Of a DNA stretch of 53,769 nt, positions 1 through 9,433 are shown piece by piece. Source of the stretch: Steroidobacteraceae bacterium (lineage in GTDB: Bacteria; Pseudomonadota; Gammaproteobacteria; Steroidobacterales; Steroidobacteraceae). The stretch's first letter is position 1. Each line of letters starts with the position of its first letter. The notes beneath the pieces were generated by a model. The model was not told the DNA's origin, ran no database searches, and saw only the letters and a list, made by a program, of their open reading frames with translations. The stretch covers positions 1 to 53,769 of the forward strand of contig JBEVDW010000087.1 of the NCBI GenBank assembly GCA_040513115.1, given 5' to 3'. A program made the translations under genes and the position numbers.

Positions 1-1
1 C

Positions 2-685
2 GACATCGTCGACGAGTTCGCCGACCGGGCGGTGGCGGTGGCGCTCGACGTGACCGACACCGCACAGATCGCGGCCGCGGTCGCGGCGGCCGACGAGGCG
101 TTCGGCGGGATCGACGTCCTGGTCAACAACGCCAGTGCGATCTCGCTGACGGGCACAGCGGCCACCGACATGAAGCGCTACGACCTGATGAACGGCATCA
201 ACACGCGCGGTACTTACCTCGCAGGACGGTTGTGTCTGCCGCATCTCGAGCGCTCCGCCAACCCGCACATTCTGACGATGTCGCCGCCACTGGACTTGCG
301 CTCGAAGTGGTTCGCGCCGCACGTGGCCTATTCGATCGCGAAGTACGGGATGAGCCTGTGCACGCTTGGATGGGCCGAAGAGTTTCGGGCGCTCGGAATC
401 GCGGCGAACTCATTATGGCCGCGCACGACCATCGCTACGGCGGCCGCGAACATGTTTGGCGGCGAGGCAGCGGCGAAGCTTGCCCGCACACCACAGATCA
501 TGGCCGATGCCGCTCACATCGTGCTGACGAAGCCCGCGCGCGAGTGCACCGGCAATTTCTTCGTCGACGAGACATTGCTGCACGCGCACGGCATCACCGA
601 TTTCTCGAAGTATGCCGCCGTGCCGGGCACACCCGATGCGGCCCTGGCGAGCGATTTGTTCTTGCCGGCGGAATTCGATCGCTGA
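2..685 (+). CDS. SDR-family oxidoreductase, HSDL2-like; 5' end lies outside the window
   Basis: Frame is open from the window edge. Motifs VLVNNASAI, YSIAKYGMS (YxxxK) and a GNFFVDE tail. Stop TGA 683-685. Confidence 0.85.
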   Translation, partial: DIVDEFADRAVAVALDVTDTAQIAAAVAAADEAFGGIDVLVNNASAISLTGTAATDMKRYDLMNGINTRGTYLAGRLCLPHLERSANPHILTMSPPLDLRSKWFAPHVAYSIAKYGMSLCTLGWAEEFRALGIAANSLWPRTTIATAAANMFGGEAAAKLARTPQIMADAAHIVLTKPARECTGNFFVDETLLHAHGITDFSKYAAVPGTPDAALASDLFLPAEFDR

Positions 686-728
686 TCCGCCGCGTTCATC
701 GATCACTTGGAATAAGGGGGATTCGTCC

Positions 729-1402
729 GTGGAACGTTCATACACCGATCTTGCGTGGCTGAAGGCCGACACCGAAGTGAAGCTCGAGCTGACCGAGCGT
801 GGCTTCACGTTACGGACCATCATTGCGCCGGCTACGACGTTATACGACTGTCAGCTCTGCTGGACCGAAGAGGACGGCTCCGTCGTGATCACTGATATCG
901 GCGGGCAGGCGCAGCCTGGGTGGGATCGCGAGAAGGGTCATGGGGCTGTGTTCAAGCTCCATCCGGACAACCGCATCGAGCCCATCGTCCCCTACGGCAA
1001 CACCGGCCGTGCCATGATCATGAGCACGATCAAGTCGCCAGCGAATTTCGGCGAGTATTCGAATCGTCCGTCCCGCTGGGCCAGCTGCGCCCGGGTCGAA
1101 ATGGCGCCCACAATACGCACTGCGTGTACTGGGTGCCGCCGGGTGCGCATTGGGTCGAACACTACGTGGTGGTGCCGGACTGCGGCAGCATCAACAACGG
1201 CAAATCCGGCGCGTTGATGGGACCTGGATTCGGTGAGCCCGGCACACCGGAGGACGGCTATCTCTTCGTGACCTCGATGTACAACTGCACGTTGTACAAA
1301 GTCGATTCGAAGCGCTTCATCTGGCCGTATGTCATCGGTGATCAGGCCCACGCCGGTGTGCAGTTCATGCCACGGTGGTTGTACCGCGCGCCCAAGAGCT
1401 AG
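729..1402 (+). pseudogene. Hypothetical protein gene, frameshifted
   Basis: GTG 729 is preceded by AAGGGGG (714-720). The coding-like translation VERSYTDLAWLK...ANFGEYSN runs to about 1070. The coding-like frame then switches (PLGQLRPGRNGAHNTHCVYWVPPG...YKVDSKRFIWPYV) and ends at TAG 1400-1402. Confidence 0.5.
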
Positions 1403-1435
1403 GGCGCTCACGCAGGCAAGCTCATTTGGGAAGTC

Positions 1436-1927
1436 GTGGCCAACCACAGTTTCTCCACGCCGGCACCCAAACCGGGCGAGCCTCCGCTCAAGGAGAAGAT
1501 CGTCCATTTCATCGTCGACGATCAAGGCGACGGCCGCCCCGCGAAGCTCACGCAGGTCGATACATCCAACCTGCCGCACTTCACTTACACGGACCGTCCG
1601 GGGACGCTCGCGCCGCCGGATCGTAACGTCGTCGCCCCCGAAGGGTTCGGTCCGTTCGGCGGTCAAACCTTCGTGGTCGACGTCGGTACGGTGAACCTCA
1701 TGCAGACCAGCACCATGCCGGACGGAGCGCTGCCGTACGACGCGGCGATTTATCGCATCGACAAGAGCGGCACACGTCATCTGTTCGCACGCAACCTCCA
1801 GGGCGGCTTCCCGCAGATCAAGTTCCAGGGCAAGCGCCTGCTGCTGGGCCGCATCGGCAAGAGTTACTCGACGGGCGACTTCCACTATCCGGACGGCTCG
1901 CTGCACGCAATCGAGTTCACGGGGTGA
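1436..1927 (+). CDS. Hypothetical protein; may be the 3' part of the disrupted upstream gene
   Basis: GTG 1436. Same frame as segment 1070-1402, separated only by TAG 1400 plus 11 codons. GC3-rich. Its stop overlaps the next start (GTGA 1924-1927). Confidence 0.5.
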   Translation: MANHSFSTPAPKPGEPPLKEKIVHFIVDDQGDGRPAKLTQVDTSNLPHFTYTDRPGTLAPPDRNVVAPEGFGPFGGQTFVVDVGTVNLMQTSTMPDGALPYDAAIYRIDKSGTRHLFARNLQGGFPQIKFQGKRLLLGRIGKSYSTGDFHYPDGSLHAIEFTG

Positions 1928-3525
1928 GCTTCATGCACGTATACGATATTTCGGCGCTCGAAGATCGGGTCATCGGCAAGGTCCTCACGCGGCAGGCGGA
2001 GGTGATCGGCGATCACGTGTGGCTGATGTCCGGCGAACGGCGAGTGACGTTCGCCGAGGCAAACCGGTTGGTCAATGCCTATGCTCATGGGCTGAAGCGC
2101 CAGGGAGTGCAAGCCGGGCAAACCATCGCGCTCGTGATGTATCCCTCGATCGATGCGCTGCTCATCGGCTTTGCTGCCACCCGCCTGGGTGCGGTGTTCA
2201 CGACGGTGAACACCGACTATCGCGGCGAGTTCCTGAGCGAAGCGCTGCGACAGACACAGGCGCGGCTGCTGGTCATCGACGCCGAGCTGGCGGATCGTCT
2301 GGCAGCGCTGGATCTGGGCTCGATCGAACACGTATACGTGCACGGTGACGATGGCGCGGCGAGCGCACTGAAGCCAGCGTCCGACCTGCTGCGCCATGGC
2401 GATGCGCCGCTGCCGGAAGTGGCTACGTGGAGCGATGTTGCGCAAATCTGGTGGACTTCCGGTACGACGGGCAAGTCCAAAGGTGTCATGCATTCGCACT
2501 CCTCAGTGCTGCGCATGGGGCGTGAAAACGTGAAGCCGCTCCTGGCCGGCGATGTGCTCTACACCTGCACGCCGATTTACCTTGGCAGCCCCTGGTCCGG
2601 TGCAATCTGGGCGTCGCTCGTCGGCGGCGTGAGTGCGGCGATCGATCGACACTTCTCGGTCTCACAGTTCTGGGATCGTATCCGCCACTACCGCGCCACT
2701 CAGTTCATGACGCTGGGCGCCATGCACATCCATCTGTGGCGCGCGCCACCGCAACCGAACGACGCCGACAACACGGTGCGCCGCGCGATCTGTTTTCCAA
2801 TGCCATACGACATTCTGCCGCTGTTCAAGGAGCGCTTCGGCATTGCCTCGCTCCCGCAGGGCTATGGTCAAAGCGAAACCTTTCAAATATTGGATGCACC
2901 CGACGACGGCACGAAATGGCACGGCGCCGCATTGGGTCGTCCTGTTGCGGAATACGACGTAAAGCTCCTCGATGCCAACGATCGTGAGGTGCCGGTCAAC
3001 GAAGTGGGCGAGATCTGCGTAAGACCGCGCGAGCCCGGCGTGCTCTTCAGCGGCTATTTCGGCATGCCGGAGATGACGCTCGCGACCTGGCGCAGCCTGT
3101 GGCATCACACCGGCGACATGGCCACTCGCGATGAGAACGGCATCTTCTACTTCGCCGACCGCAAGAAGGATTACATCCGCTACAAGGGCCGCAACATCTC
3201 GATGAACGAGGTCGAGGCTGTCGTGGCGCGTCATCCGCTCGTGCTCGATGTCGCCGCTTACGGCATTCAGTCCGAAGAGTTGGAGTCCGAAGCCGAGCTG
3301 ATGCTGGCGGTGGTGCTGCGCCCGGACTCCCCGGTGACGCCGTTCGAGCTCGCGCACTTCATCAACGAGAATGCACCGTACTATTTCGTGCCGCGCTACA
3401 TCGACCTTGCGGCGGAGCTGCCGCGCAACGCGCACGGCCGTGTGATCAAGCCCGAGTTGCGCGAACGCGGTGTGACCGCATCGACATGGGATCGCGAGCG
3501 CGCGGGCTTCAAGCCCCGTAAATGA
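1924..3525 (+). CDS. AMP-dependent acyl-CoA synthetase/ligase
   Basis: AMP-binding motif WWTSGTTGKSKGVMHSH, plus GYGQSE and TGDMATRDENGIFYFADRKKDYIRYKGRNIS. The start is either GTG 1924 or ATG 1933. Confidence 0.9.
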   Translation: MSFMHVYDISALEDRVIGKVLTRQAEVIGDHVWLMSGERRVTFAEANRLVNAYAHGLKRQGVQAGQTIALVMYPSIDALLIGFAATRLGAVFTTVNTDYRGEFLSEALRQTQARLLVIDAELADRLAALDLGSIEHVYVHGDDGAASALKPASDLLRHGDAPLPEVATWSDVAQIWWTSGTTGKSKGVMHSHSSVLRMGRENVKPLLAGDVLYTCTPIYLGSPWSGAIWASLVGGVSAAIDRHFSVSQFWDRIRHYRATQFMTLGAMHIHLWRAPPQPNDADNTVRRAICFPMPYDILPLFKERFGIASLPQGYGQSETFQILDAPDDGTKWHGAALGRPVAEYDVKLLDANDREVPVNEVGEICVRPREPGVLFSGYFGMPEMTLATWRSLWHHTGDMATRDENGIFYFADRKKDYIRYKGRNISMNEVEAVVARHPLVLDVAAYGIQSEELESEAELMLAVVLRPDSPVTPFELAHFINENAPYYFVPRYIDLAAELPRNAHGRVIKPELRERGVTASTWDRERAGFKPRK

Positions 3526-3583
3526 CCTGCAGCTGCAACTTCTCCTGAGATTGCAGCCGCTGCGCGCGGACGCAACCGTACAC

Positions 3584-3994
3584 TCATTCCTGCCGCAGCA
3601 CCGCTGTCGGTGTCACCCGCGCTGCGCGAACGCTCTGCGCTGCCACGGCCACCCATGCAATGATGAGCGTTGCGAGCAGACTGAGCGCGAACGGAACGAG
3701 AGAGCCTGGCGCGCGCTGCGTGAAGAGGTTTGCATAGGCTTGACCTGCAAGGTACGCGACCGGCCAGGCAATCAGATTACCGATGAGCACGGGCTTGGAG
3801 AAATCGCGCAGCAACATCAGGCCGATCTCGATTGCGCTCGCGCCGAGGGTCTTGCGTATGCCGATCTCGCGCAAGCGGCGACCGGTCGCATCTACCGCCA
3901 TGCCGACCAGGCTCATCACCGCGATGTTGATGGTCGTCGAGAAGCGATGGCGTCTGAAGGTACGCAGGGCAGTCGTGAGATAGTGCATCAGCAT
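3584..3994 (-). pseudogene. FtsX-type ABC permease remnant with an in-frame internal deletion (136 aa)
   Basis: N-terminus MHYLTTALRTFRRHRFSTTIN matches the N-terminus of the 835-aa permease upstream (FRHYLTSALLTYRRAPFTTGLN). The rest (IAVMSLVGMAVDATGRRLREIGIRKTLGAS...AWVAVAAQSVRAARVTPTAVLRQE) matches that protein's last ~110 aa. It starts 4 nt after the permease stop. Confidence 0.6.
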
Positions 3995-3998
3995 GGTT

Positions 3999-6506
3999 TC
4001 ACTCGTAGCGCAGTATCTGAGCGGGAAGCACGCGCGCTGCGCGCCATGCCTGGCCGCCCACCGCGATCCAGGCGATCAGCAAGGTGATCGCAAGACTCAG
4101 CACGAACGGCACGGGCGTGAGTGATACACGGTCGCTGAACAGGCTGAGATAGATCTGTGCGACCACGAACGCCAGCGGCCAGGCGATCAGATTCGCGATG
4201 AGCACGGGCTTGGAAAAATCCGTCAGCAGCATCGTGAACACCTGCCGCGTGCTGCCGCCCAAGGTCTTGCGCACGCCGATTTCGTGGCGGCGCTTGCCTG
4301 TGACGTGGATGGCCATGCCGATGAGGCCCATCACCGCGATCAGGCATGCAAAGAGCGCAAGGCCGGTGAAAACCGCGTTGATGTTCCGCAGCATCTCGTA
4401 CGATTGCTCGAAGAGCTCATCGACGAAGCGGCGCTTGAGTGGCACGTCCGGCGACAGCTCGTTCCACAGCGCATCGATGCGCGCGAGCGTCGCTGCGACG
4501 TCTCGGCCGGAGATGCGGATCAGTGCATAGGGTGTGTCCCTCGCGGCGCTCGCCTGGGTGTACATGTTCGCTGTCGTGCCGAGGCCGAGCAGATGGAGCG
4601 ATTGATCCTCGACCACGCCGATGACGCGCAGCTGACGCGCCGGCCCTATGAGCGGTGGCGTGTAGAGCACTTGATCGATTGCGGCTTGCGGCGCATCAAA
4701 GCCCAGTTGCGCGGAGGCAGAACGATCGAGGATGACGTTGAAGACACGGCCCGGACCTTTGTCGCGGAAGAAGATGCCGCTCTCGTCGTCCCCATGGGTT
4801 GCATCGAGGAAGCGGCCGGCGACGAGCTTCATGCCGGTCGTTGCGAAGAATCCGGGCCCGACGGTGTTGAGGATCAAAGTACGCTGGCTCGCGCCTTCCT
4901 CGTTCGAGCGCGCGACGAGCCAGGTGTTCAGCCCCACGTCCCAGGGCATTTGGTTGATGGTCGTCACACCCTTGACGTGCGGATCATTCGCGAGCGCGGT
5001 GCGCAGCATTTCATGGTTGAGCTTGGCTGTGTCCAACCGCGTCGCGATCGCCACGATCGGATCGCTCGCCGTGTCGAGCGCGGCGCTGCGTACGGCTTTG
5101 TTCTGCGCCCACATGACGAGAATGATCGTCAGCAGAAGGCTTGCGGCCGCGAACTGCACACCGACGAGCAGCGTCGGCACGAATCGCGGACCGGCGCGCG
5201 AGCGGCCGGTGCTCAACGCGACCATCGGACGCACACGCGAGAGGATGAGGGCAGGATAGCTGCCCGCGAGAACCGTGACAGCGAGCAGGAGCCCGGCCAG
5301 CAACCACCAGAATCTGGCGCCCGCAAAGAGCGAAAGTCCCAAGTCCAATCCAGTGCTGGCTTTGAGCACGCCGAAGAACAGCCCGAGCGCGCCCAGAGCG
5401 AGCACGAGCGCTACGCCGGCGAGGAGCGCCGACTCGATGAGGTACTGCGTGGCAATCTGTCGTGGCCGCGCACCCAAAACCCTGCGCATGCCGACGGTCT
5501 TGGTTTGGCCGGTGGCCTGCGCGGTCGCGAGATTGGCGTAGTTCAAGCACCCGATCAGAAGCACCAGCCCGCCGAGCGCAAGCAACACGGTCGCGAGCGG
5601 CGCGCTGTCTCGCAGAAATCCGCCTTCGAGCGCCTGCGATGCCACACCCGACAACGGCACCAGGCCGAACTCGATCGTGATCCCTTTTGACTGCTCGGGG
5701 GGAATATGCCGCGTGGCAAACGCCGGCAACTGCGCGTCCAGCTGCGCTGCCGTGAACGACCCATCGGCTGGCAGCAACACGTACGTGATCACAGCCGTGC
5801 TCGTCCACAACTCGGGCAACTCGCCGTTCGAGCCGATCGGCAGGGCGAGGCGTTGCAGAGCCTCGAAAATGTCCCAGGACGCGAACACGTCCGGCCGCAC
5901 GACCCCGAGGCTGGCGCTGCTCAGATGCGAGGGCTGCGGAATCTTTCCGACTACGCCTGTTACCGTCGCTTCGACGCTGCCGCTGAGGAGCATGCGCCTG
6001 CCCACGACATCGCGGGTGCCGAAGAATTCTTCCGCTACCGCTTCGCTCAAGACGACACTGTGCGGCTCGCGCAGCGCTTGCTGGCGATTCCCGGCGGTGA
6101 ACGGCAAATCGAAGATGTCGACAAACTCCGGATCGACGCTCGTGATGTGCAGGAAGCCTTTGCGCTCGCCGCTCACGACGGGAACTTCCATGGTAATGGC
6201 TCCCAAGGTAGCGCGCGCCACGTTCTCGAGTTGCGGGAAGTCGAGCCGCAGATACTTGGCGACGGGCTCAGAGGTGGCCGGTACGTTGCCTATGCCGAAT
6301 CCGCTCTTCATGGCGACCCGCTGTGTCACTGCATAGATGCGGCTGGCATTCGCGAAGCCACGGTCCCCCATCTCGTAGTAGCGAGTCAGCGCGTAAGCGA
6401 ACAGGAAACACGCTAGCCCCAAAGCGAGCGCGAGCACGTTGAGTCCCGTCGTGAACGGCGCGCGCCGATAGGTGAGGAGGGCGCTCGTCAGATAGTGTCG
6501 GAACAT
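3999..6506 (-). CDS. ABC transporter permease, duplicated FtsX/MacB-like
   Basis: Large multi-TM protein with FtsX-type C-terminal segments (GVRKTLGGSTRQV...LIAWIAVGGQAWRAARV). ATG 6506 (MFRHYL) is preceded by a G-run RBS and lies 16 nt after the ATPase stop. Confidence 0.9.
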   Translation of the reverse strand: MFRHYLTSALLTYRRAPFTTGLNVLALALGLACFLFAYALTRYYEMGDRGFANASRIYAVTQRVAMKSGFGIGNVPATSEPVAKYLRLDFPQLENVARATLGAITMEVPVVSGERKGFLHITSVDPEFVDIFDLPFTAGNRQQALREPHSVVLSEAVAEEFFGTRDVVGRRMLLSGSVEATVTGVVGKIPQPSHLSSASLGVVRPDVFASWDIFEALQRLALPIGSNGELPELWTSTAVITYVLLPADGSFTAAQLDAQLPAFATRHIPPEQSKGITIEFGLVPLSGVASQALEGGFLRDSAPLATVLLALGGLVLLIGCLNYANLATAQATGQTKTVGMRRVLGARPRQIATQYLIESALLAGVALVLALGALGLFFGVLKASTGLDLGLSLFAGARFWWLLAGLLLAVTVLAGSYPALILSRVRPMVALSTGRSRAGPRFVPTLLVGVQFAAASLLLTIILVMWAQNKAVRSAALDTASDPIVAIATRLDTAKLNHEMLRTALANDPHVKGVTTINQMPWDVGLNTWLVARSNEEGASQRTLILNTVGPGFFATTGMKLVAGRFLDATHGDDESGIFFRDKGPGRVFNVILDRSASAQLGFDAPQAAIDQVLYTPPLIGPARQLRVIGVVEDQSLHLLGLGTTANMYTQASAARDTPYALIRISGRDVAATLARIDALWNELSPDVPLKRRFVDELFEQSYEMLRNINAVFTGLALFACLIAVMGLIGMAIHVTGKRRHEIGVRKTLGGSTRQVFTMLLTDFSKPVLIANLIAWPLAFVVAQIYLSLFSDRVSLTPVPFVLSLAITLLIAWIAVGGQAWRAARVLPAQILRYE

Positions 6507-6522
6507 GGCACGCACCCCCCAT

Positions 6523-7290
6523 TCACAATGCATCGGCCAGATCGGGCACGACGCGGCCATCCAACATGTTCACGATGCGGTGTGCGCACTGCGCATGCGC
6601 CGGGGAGTGCGTGACCATCAGAATGGTCGCGCCCTGCTGATTCAGCACCGACAGCATCTCCATGACGTCATCGCCATTTCTGCTATCGAGGTTGCCCGTC
6701 GGCTCGTCCGCCACGATGAGCTTGGGATCGCCGACCACTGCGCGGGCGACGGCCACTCGCTGCTGCTGACCGCCCGAGAGTTGTGAGGGCTTATGCTTCG
6801 CACGCGGCAAGAGATTGACGAGCTCGAGCACCTCGCGCACGCGTTGACGACGTTGCGAACGCGGTACGTCTCGATACAAGAGCGGTAGCTCGACGTTCTC
6901 GTACACGGACAGATCGTCGATCAGATTGAAGCTCTGGAAGATGAAGCCGATGTTGTGCTTGCGCACTTCGACTAGCTGATGTTCCTTCAGCTTCGAGACT
7001 TCCATGTCACCCAGGAAGTACGCTCCGCTGGTCGGGCTGTCGATCATCGCGACGATGTTGAGGAGCGTGGACTTGCCGCAGCCCGAAGGCCCCATGACGG
7101 CCACGAACTCGCCCCTGACGACATCGAGGCTCACGTTGTCGAGTGCGGTCGTTTCGAACTCGTGGGTGCGATAGAGCTTGCGGATACCGGCAAGCTGGAT
7201 GAGGGCCGGCTCGACATCCGATTGTTGACTCGCCGTGTCGCCGCGTGCCCTCGGCCCGGCGTCGATGCGAGTGGTTGCGTTAGCGTTCAT
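6523..7290 (-). CDS. ABC transporter ATP-binding protein (MacB/LolD-type)
   Basis: Walker A GPSGCGKST, signature LSGGQQQRVAVARA, Walker B IVADEPTGNLD. ATG 7290 has AGGAGG 5 nt upstream. Confidence 0.93.
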   Translation of the reverse strand: MNANATTRIDAGPRARGDTASQQSDVEPALIQLAGIRKLYRTHEFETTALDNVSLDVVRGEFVAVMGPSGCGKSTLLNIVAMIDSPTSGAYFLGDMEVSKLKEHQLVEVRKHNIGFIFQSFNLIDDLSVYENVELPLLYRDVPRSQRRQRVREVLELVNLLPRAKHKPSQLSGGQQQRVAVARAVVGDPKLIVADEPTGNLDSRNGDDVMEMLSVLNQQGATILMVTHSPAHAQCAHRIVNMLDGRVVPDLADAL

Positions 7291-7361
7291 GGATCCTCCT
7301 GTCTTTTGTTGCAGTGAGCATGGGCTCGGGGGAGTCAGTGCTCTCCGCCTCGAGCGGCCCC

Positions 7362-8675
7362 TCATTTCAGTTCAATGCGCTCGAAATCCTTCAGCCGCTC
7401 GTACCCCGACGTGATGACACGATCGCCGGGCTCGAGACCCTCCAGCACTTCTACTTTCTCCGGGTTGCGTCGTCCCAGCTTCATGGGGCGGCGCTCGGCA
7501 TGTGAGCCGGTGCCCACGAGCACAAAGGCCCACTGGCCGCCCGTGTCGTCGTAGAAGGGGCCATTGGCCACCACGGGCCCTTCGCGCGCCGCACCGATTT
7601 CGAGGCGCAGCTGCAGCGTCTGTCCGCGCCGCACGGAAGGTGGCGTTTCACCCGTGAACGCGAGGTCGATCTTGAATTGGCGCTCGCGGACTTCCGGATA
7701 GACTTTCGCGACTTGCATCTGGCGCCGCTCGCCGCCCACGTCGGCGGTCGCATGCTGGCCCGCGGTCACGCGCGACAGATAGTGCTCGTCGACGAACGCG
7801 ACGACTTTGAAACCGTCCACCTGATCGATCTGCCCGAGCCGCTGCCCGGGTGCCTTCGATTCGCCGAGATGCGCTTCGAGCGACGTCAACTGGCCGGCCA
7901 GCGACGCCTTGATGACGAGATTGTCGAGATTCTGCCGCGCGAGCTCGAAATTGCGATTGAGCCCGTCCACCGTCTTGTCGAGCTGGCGAATTTGTTCGAG
8001 CTGCAAGGAATTGTCGACTGCGGCCGCATGTTCGAGCGCACCCTTCAGCTGCATCAGGCGCTTGAGGTCGAGCTCGGCATCTTCGATGTCGGCACGCCTG
8101 ATCGCACCGGTGTTCGCGAGCGACTTGAGGCGCGCCAGTCGCTGCCGGGCCTGCTCGATCTGGAAATCGATGTCGATCAGCTCTTTGGCGTGCGCCAGCC
8201 TCGTCTGCTCGAACAGCAGTTTCGTGCTGGCGAGGCGATTGAGGTTCTCGGACAGGACCGCTTCGCTGTTGATGACCTGCAGCTGCAGGTTGGTGTTGTT
8301 CAGGCGCACGAGCGGCTGACCTGCCTCGACCATGGCGCCTTCCTCAACCAGCACCTCCGCGACCTGGCCGCCATTGGTTGCATCCAGATACACGGTTTCG
8401 CGCGGCTCCACGTTGCCGGTCACGGGGATGTAGTCGTGAAAGGCGCCGCGCTGCACCGTGGAGATCACCACACGTTCGCTCGCGACCGCGAAGGTGCGCG
8501 TGATGCCGAAGCGCACGTAACCGAACGCCGCCGCAGCTACGACGAGAAGCGCACTGACCAGCGCGAGGAGCCGACGGGGTGTGAGCCAATGGGACTCGAC
8601 CCGCCGATCCATCGCGGAGACATCGACCTGCGGCCCTTCAGGACGCCGCACCAGCGAGAGCAATGCCGGTCGCAT
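7362..8675 (-). CDS. HlyD-family periplasmic adaptor (membrane fusion protein)
   Basis: N-terminal TM segment, a long coiled-coil-like middle (LQLQVINSEA...QIEQARQRLARLKSL) and a C-terminal beta domain. First gene of the operon with the ABC ATPase and permease. Confidence 0.85.
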   Translation of the reverse strand: MRPALLSLVRRPEGPQVDVSAMDRRVESHWLTPRRLLALVSALLVVAAAAFGYVRFGITRTFAVASERVVISTVQRGAFHDYIPVTGNVEPRETVYLDATNGGQVAEVLVEEGAMVEAGQPLVRLNNTNLQLQVINSEAVLSENLNRLASTKLLFEQTRLAHAKELIDIDFQIEQARQRLARLKSLANTGAIRRADIEDAELDLKRLMQLKGALEHAAAVDNSLQLEQIRQLDKTVDGLNRNFELARQNLDNLVIKASLAGQLTSLEAHLGESKAPGQRLGQIDQVDGFKVVAFVDEHYLSRVTAGQHATADVGGERRQMQVAKVYPEVRERQFKIDLAFTGETPPSVRRGQTLQLRLEIGAAREGPVVANGPFYDDTGGQWAFVLVGTGSHAERRPMKLGRRNPEKVEVLEGLEPGDRVITSGYERLKDFERIELK

Positions 8676-8705
8676 CGAACTTGCCTTGGTGTGTTATATA
8701 AGTAA

Positions 8706-8720
8706 TACAGTACTACTGTA
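8706..8720. promoter_or_regulatory. Perfect 7-1-7 palindrome TACAGTA-C-TACTGTA; candidate YtrA/GntR operator
   Basis: Lies in the 110-bp divergent region between the HlyD operon and the GntR gene. It overlaps the tandem GTACTAC-T-GTACTAC. It sits between a possible -35 (complement of 8726-8731, TGACAA) and -10 (complement of 8702-8707, TATTAC) for the efflux operon. Confidence 0.4.
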
Positions 8721-8785
8721 CTACGTTGTCACGCAAGCGCCATGCGCGCTATGGTTAGGATCTACTGGTATTCACCTTGCCCGCC

Positions 8786-9157
8786 ATGCCCCGAGCGACC
8801 CAACCGCAGTGGATCGAAGATGTGCCCATCTACCGGCAGCTCATGGACCTGCTGATCGGTCGCATTCTCGATGAGACGTACCCGGAAGGAGAAATGTTGC
8901 CCTCCGTGCGCCAGCTCGCGAGCGACTACGAAATCAATCCGCTCACCGTGGCCAAGGCTTACAAGGAACTCTCGCGCGAAGGCCTGACCGATAAGCTGCG
9001 GGGCGAGGGGCTGATGGTGCGCAAGGGGATCCGCGAGGCGCTCTTGAAGCGCGAGCGCAATAAGTTCCTGAAAGAAGAATGGCCCGTGCTTCGTGCGCGG
9101 CTCAAACGCCTCGGCATAGACATGAAGACGCTGGCGGAAAGCTTCGACGAGAAATGA
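8786..9157 (+). CDS. GntR-family transcriptional regulator, short YtrA-type
   Basis: wHTH LPSVRQLASDYEINPLTVAKAYKELSREGL in a protein of only ~123 aa. Divergent from the ABC efflux operon. ATG 8786 (an in-frame TTG at 8777 is also possible). Confidence 0.85.
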   Translation: MPRATQPQWIEDVPIYRQLMDLLIGRILDETYPEGEMLPSVRQLASDYEINPLTVAKAYKELSREGLTDKLRGEGLMVRKGIREALLKRERNKFLKEEWPVLRARLKRLGIDMKTLAESFDEK

Positions 9158-9433
9158 GTCGCGCTGTTACGCGAAGCCGTCATCGCGGCTTCCTGGGCCG
9201 ACCCGTTTTGATCCTGAAGAGTCCTTCGACAAGCTTCGGCTACCGCGACACCTTCTCTTCGTACAACTTCCGAATCCCCAACAGCGTGATGGCGAGCGGC
9301 GGCCGGGCGACGTTGCCGAGCATGATTCTGGGTAGCCAGGTCACGCGCTTGCAGTTGCTGCCGCAGTGAAACGACTGCGGCGCCGACGGGCTCTCAGTAA
9401 GCTCGCCGGCGCCGCACTCGATGCCGCTGCGGG

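Noticed and set aside
1400-1402. In-frame TAG here and at 29295-29297 as programmed recoding (pyrrolysine or readthrough).
   Set aside because: No pyl genes or recoding signals are present. Both loci also carry frameshifts or truncations, so ordinary nonsense mutations (for example CAG -> TAG) are the simpler reading.
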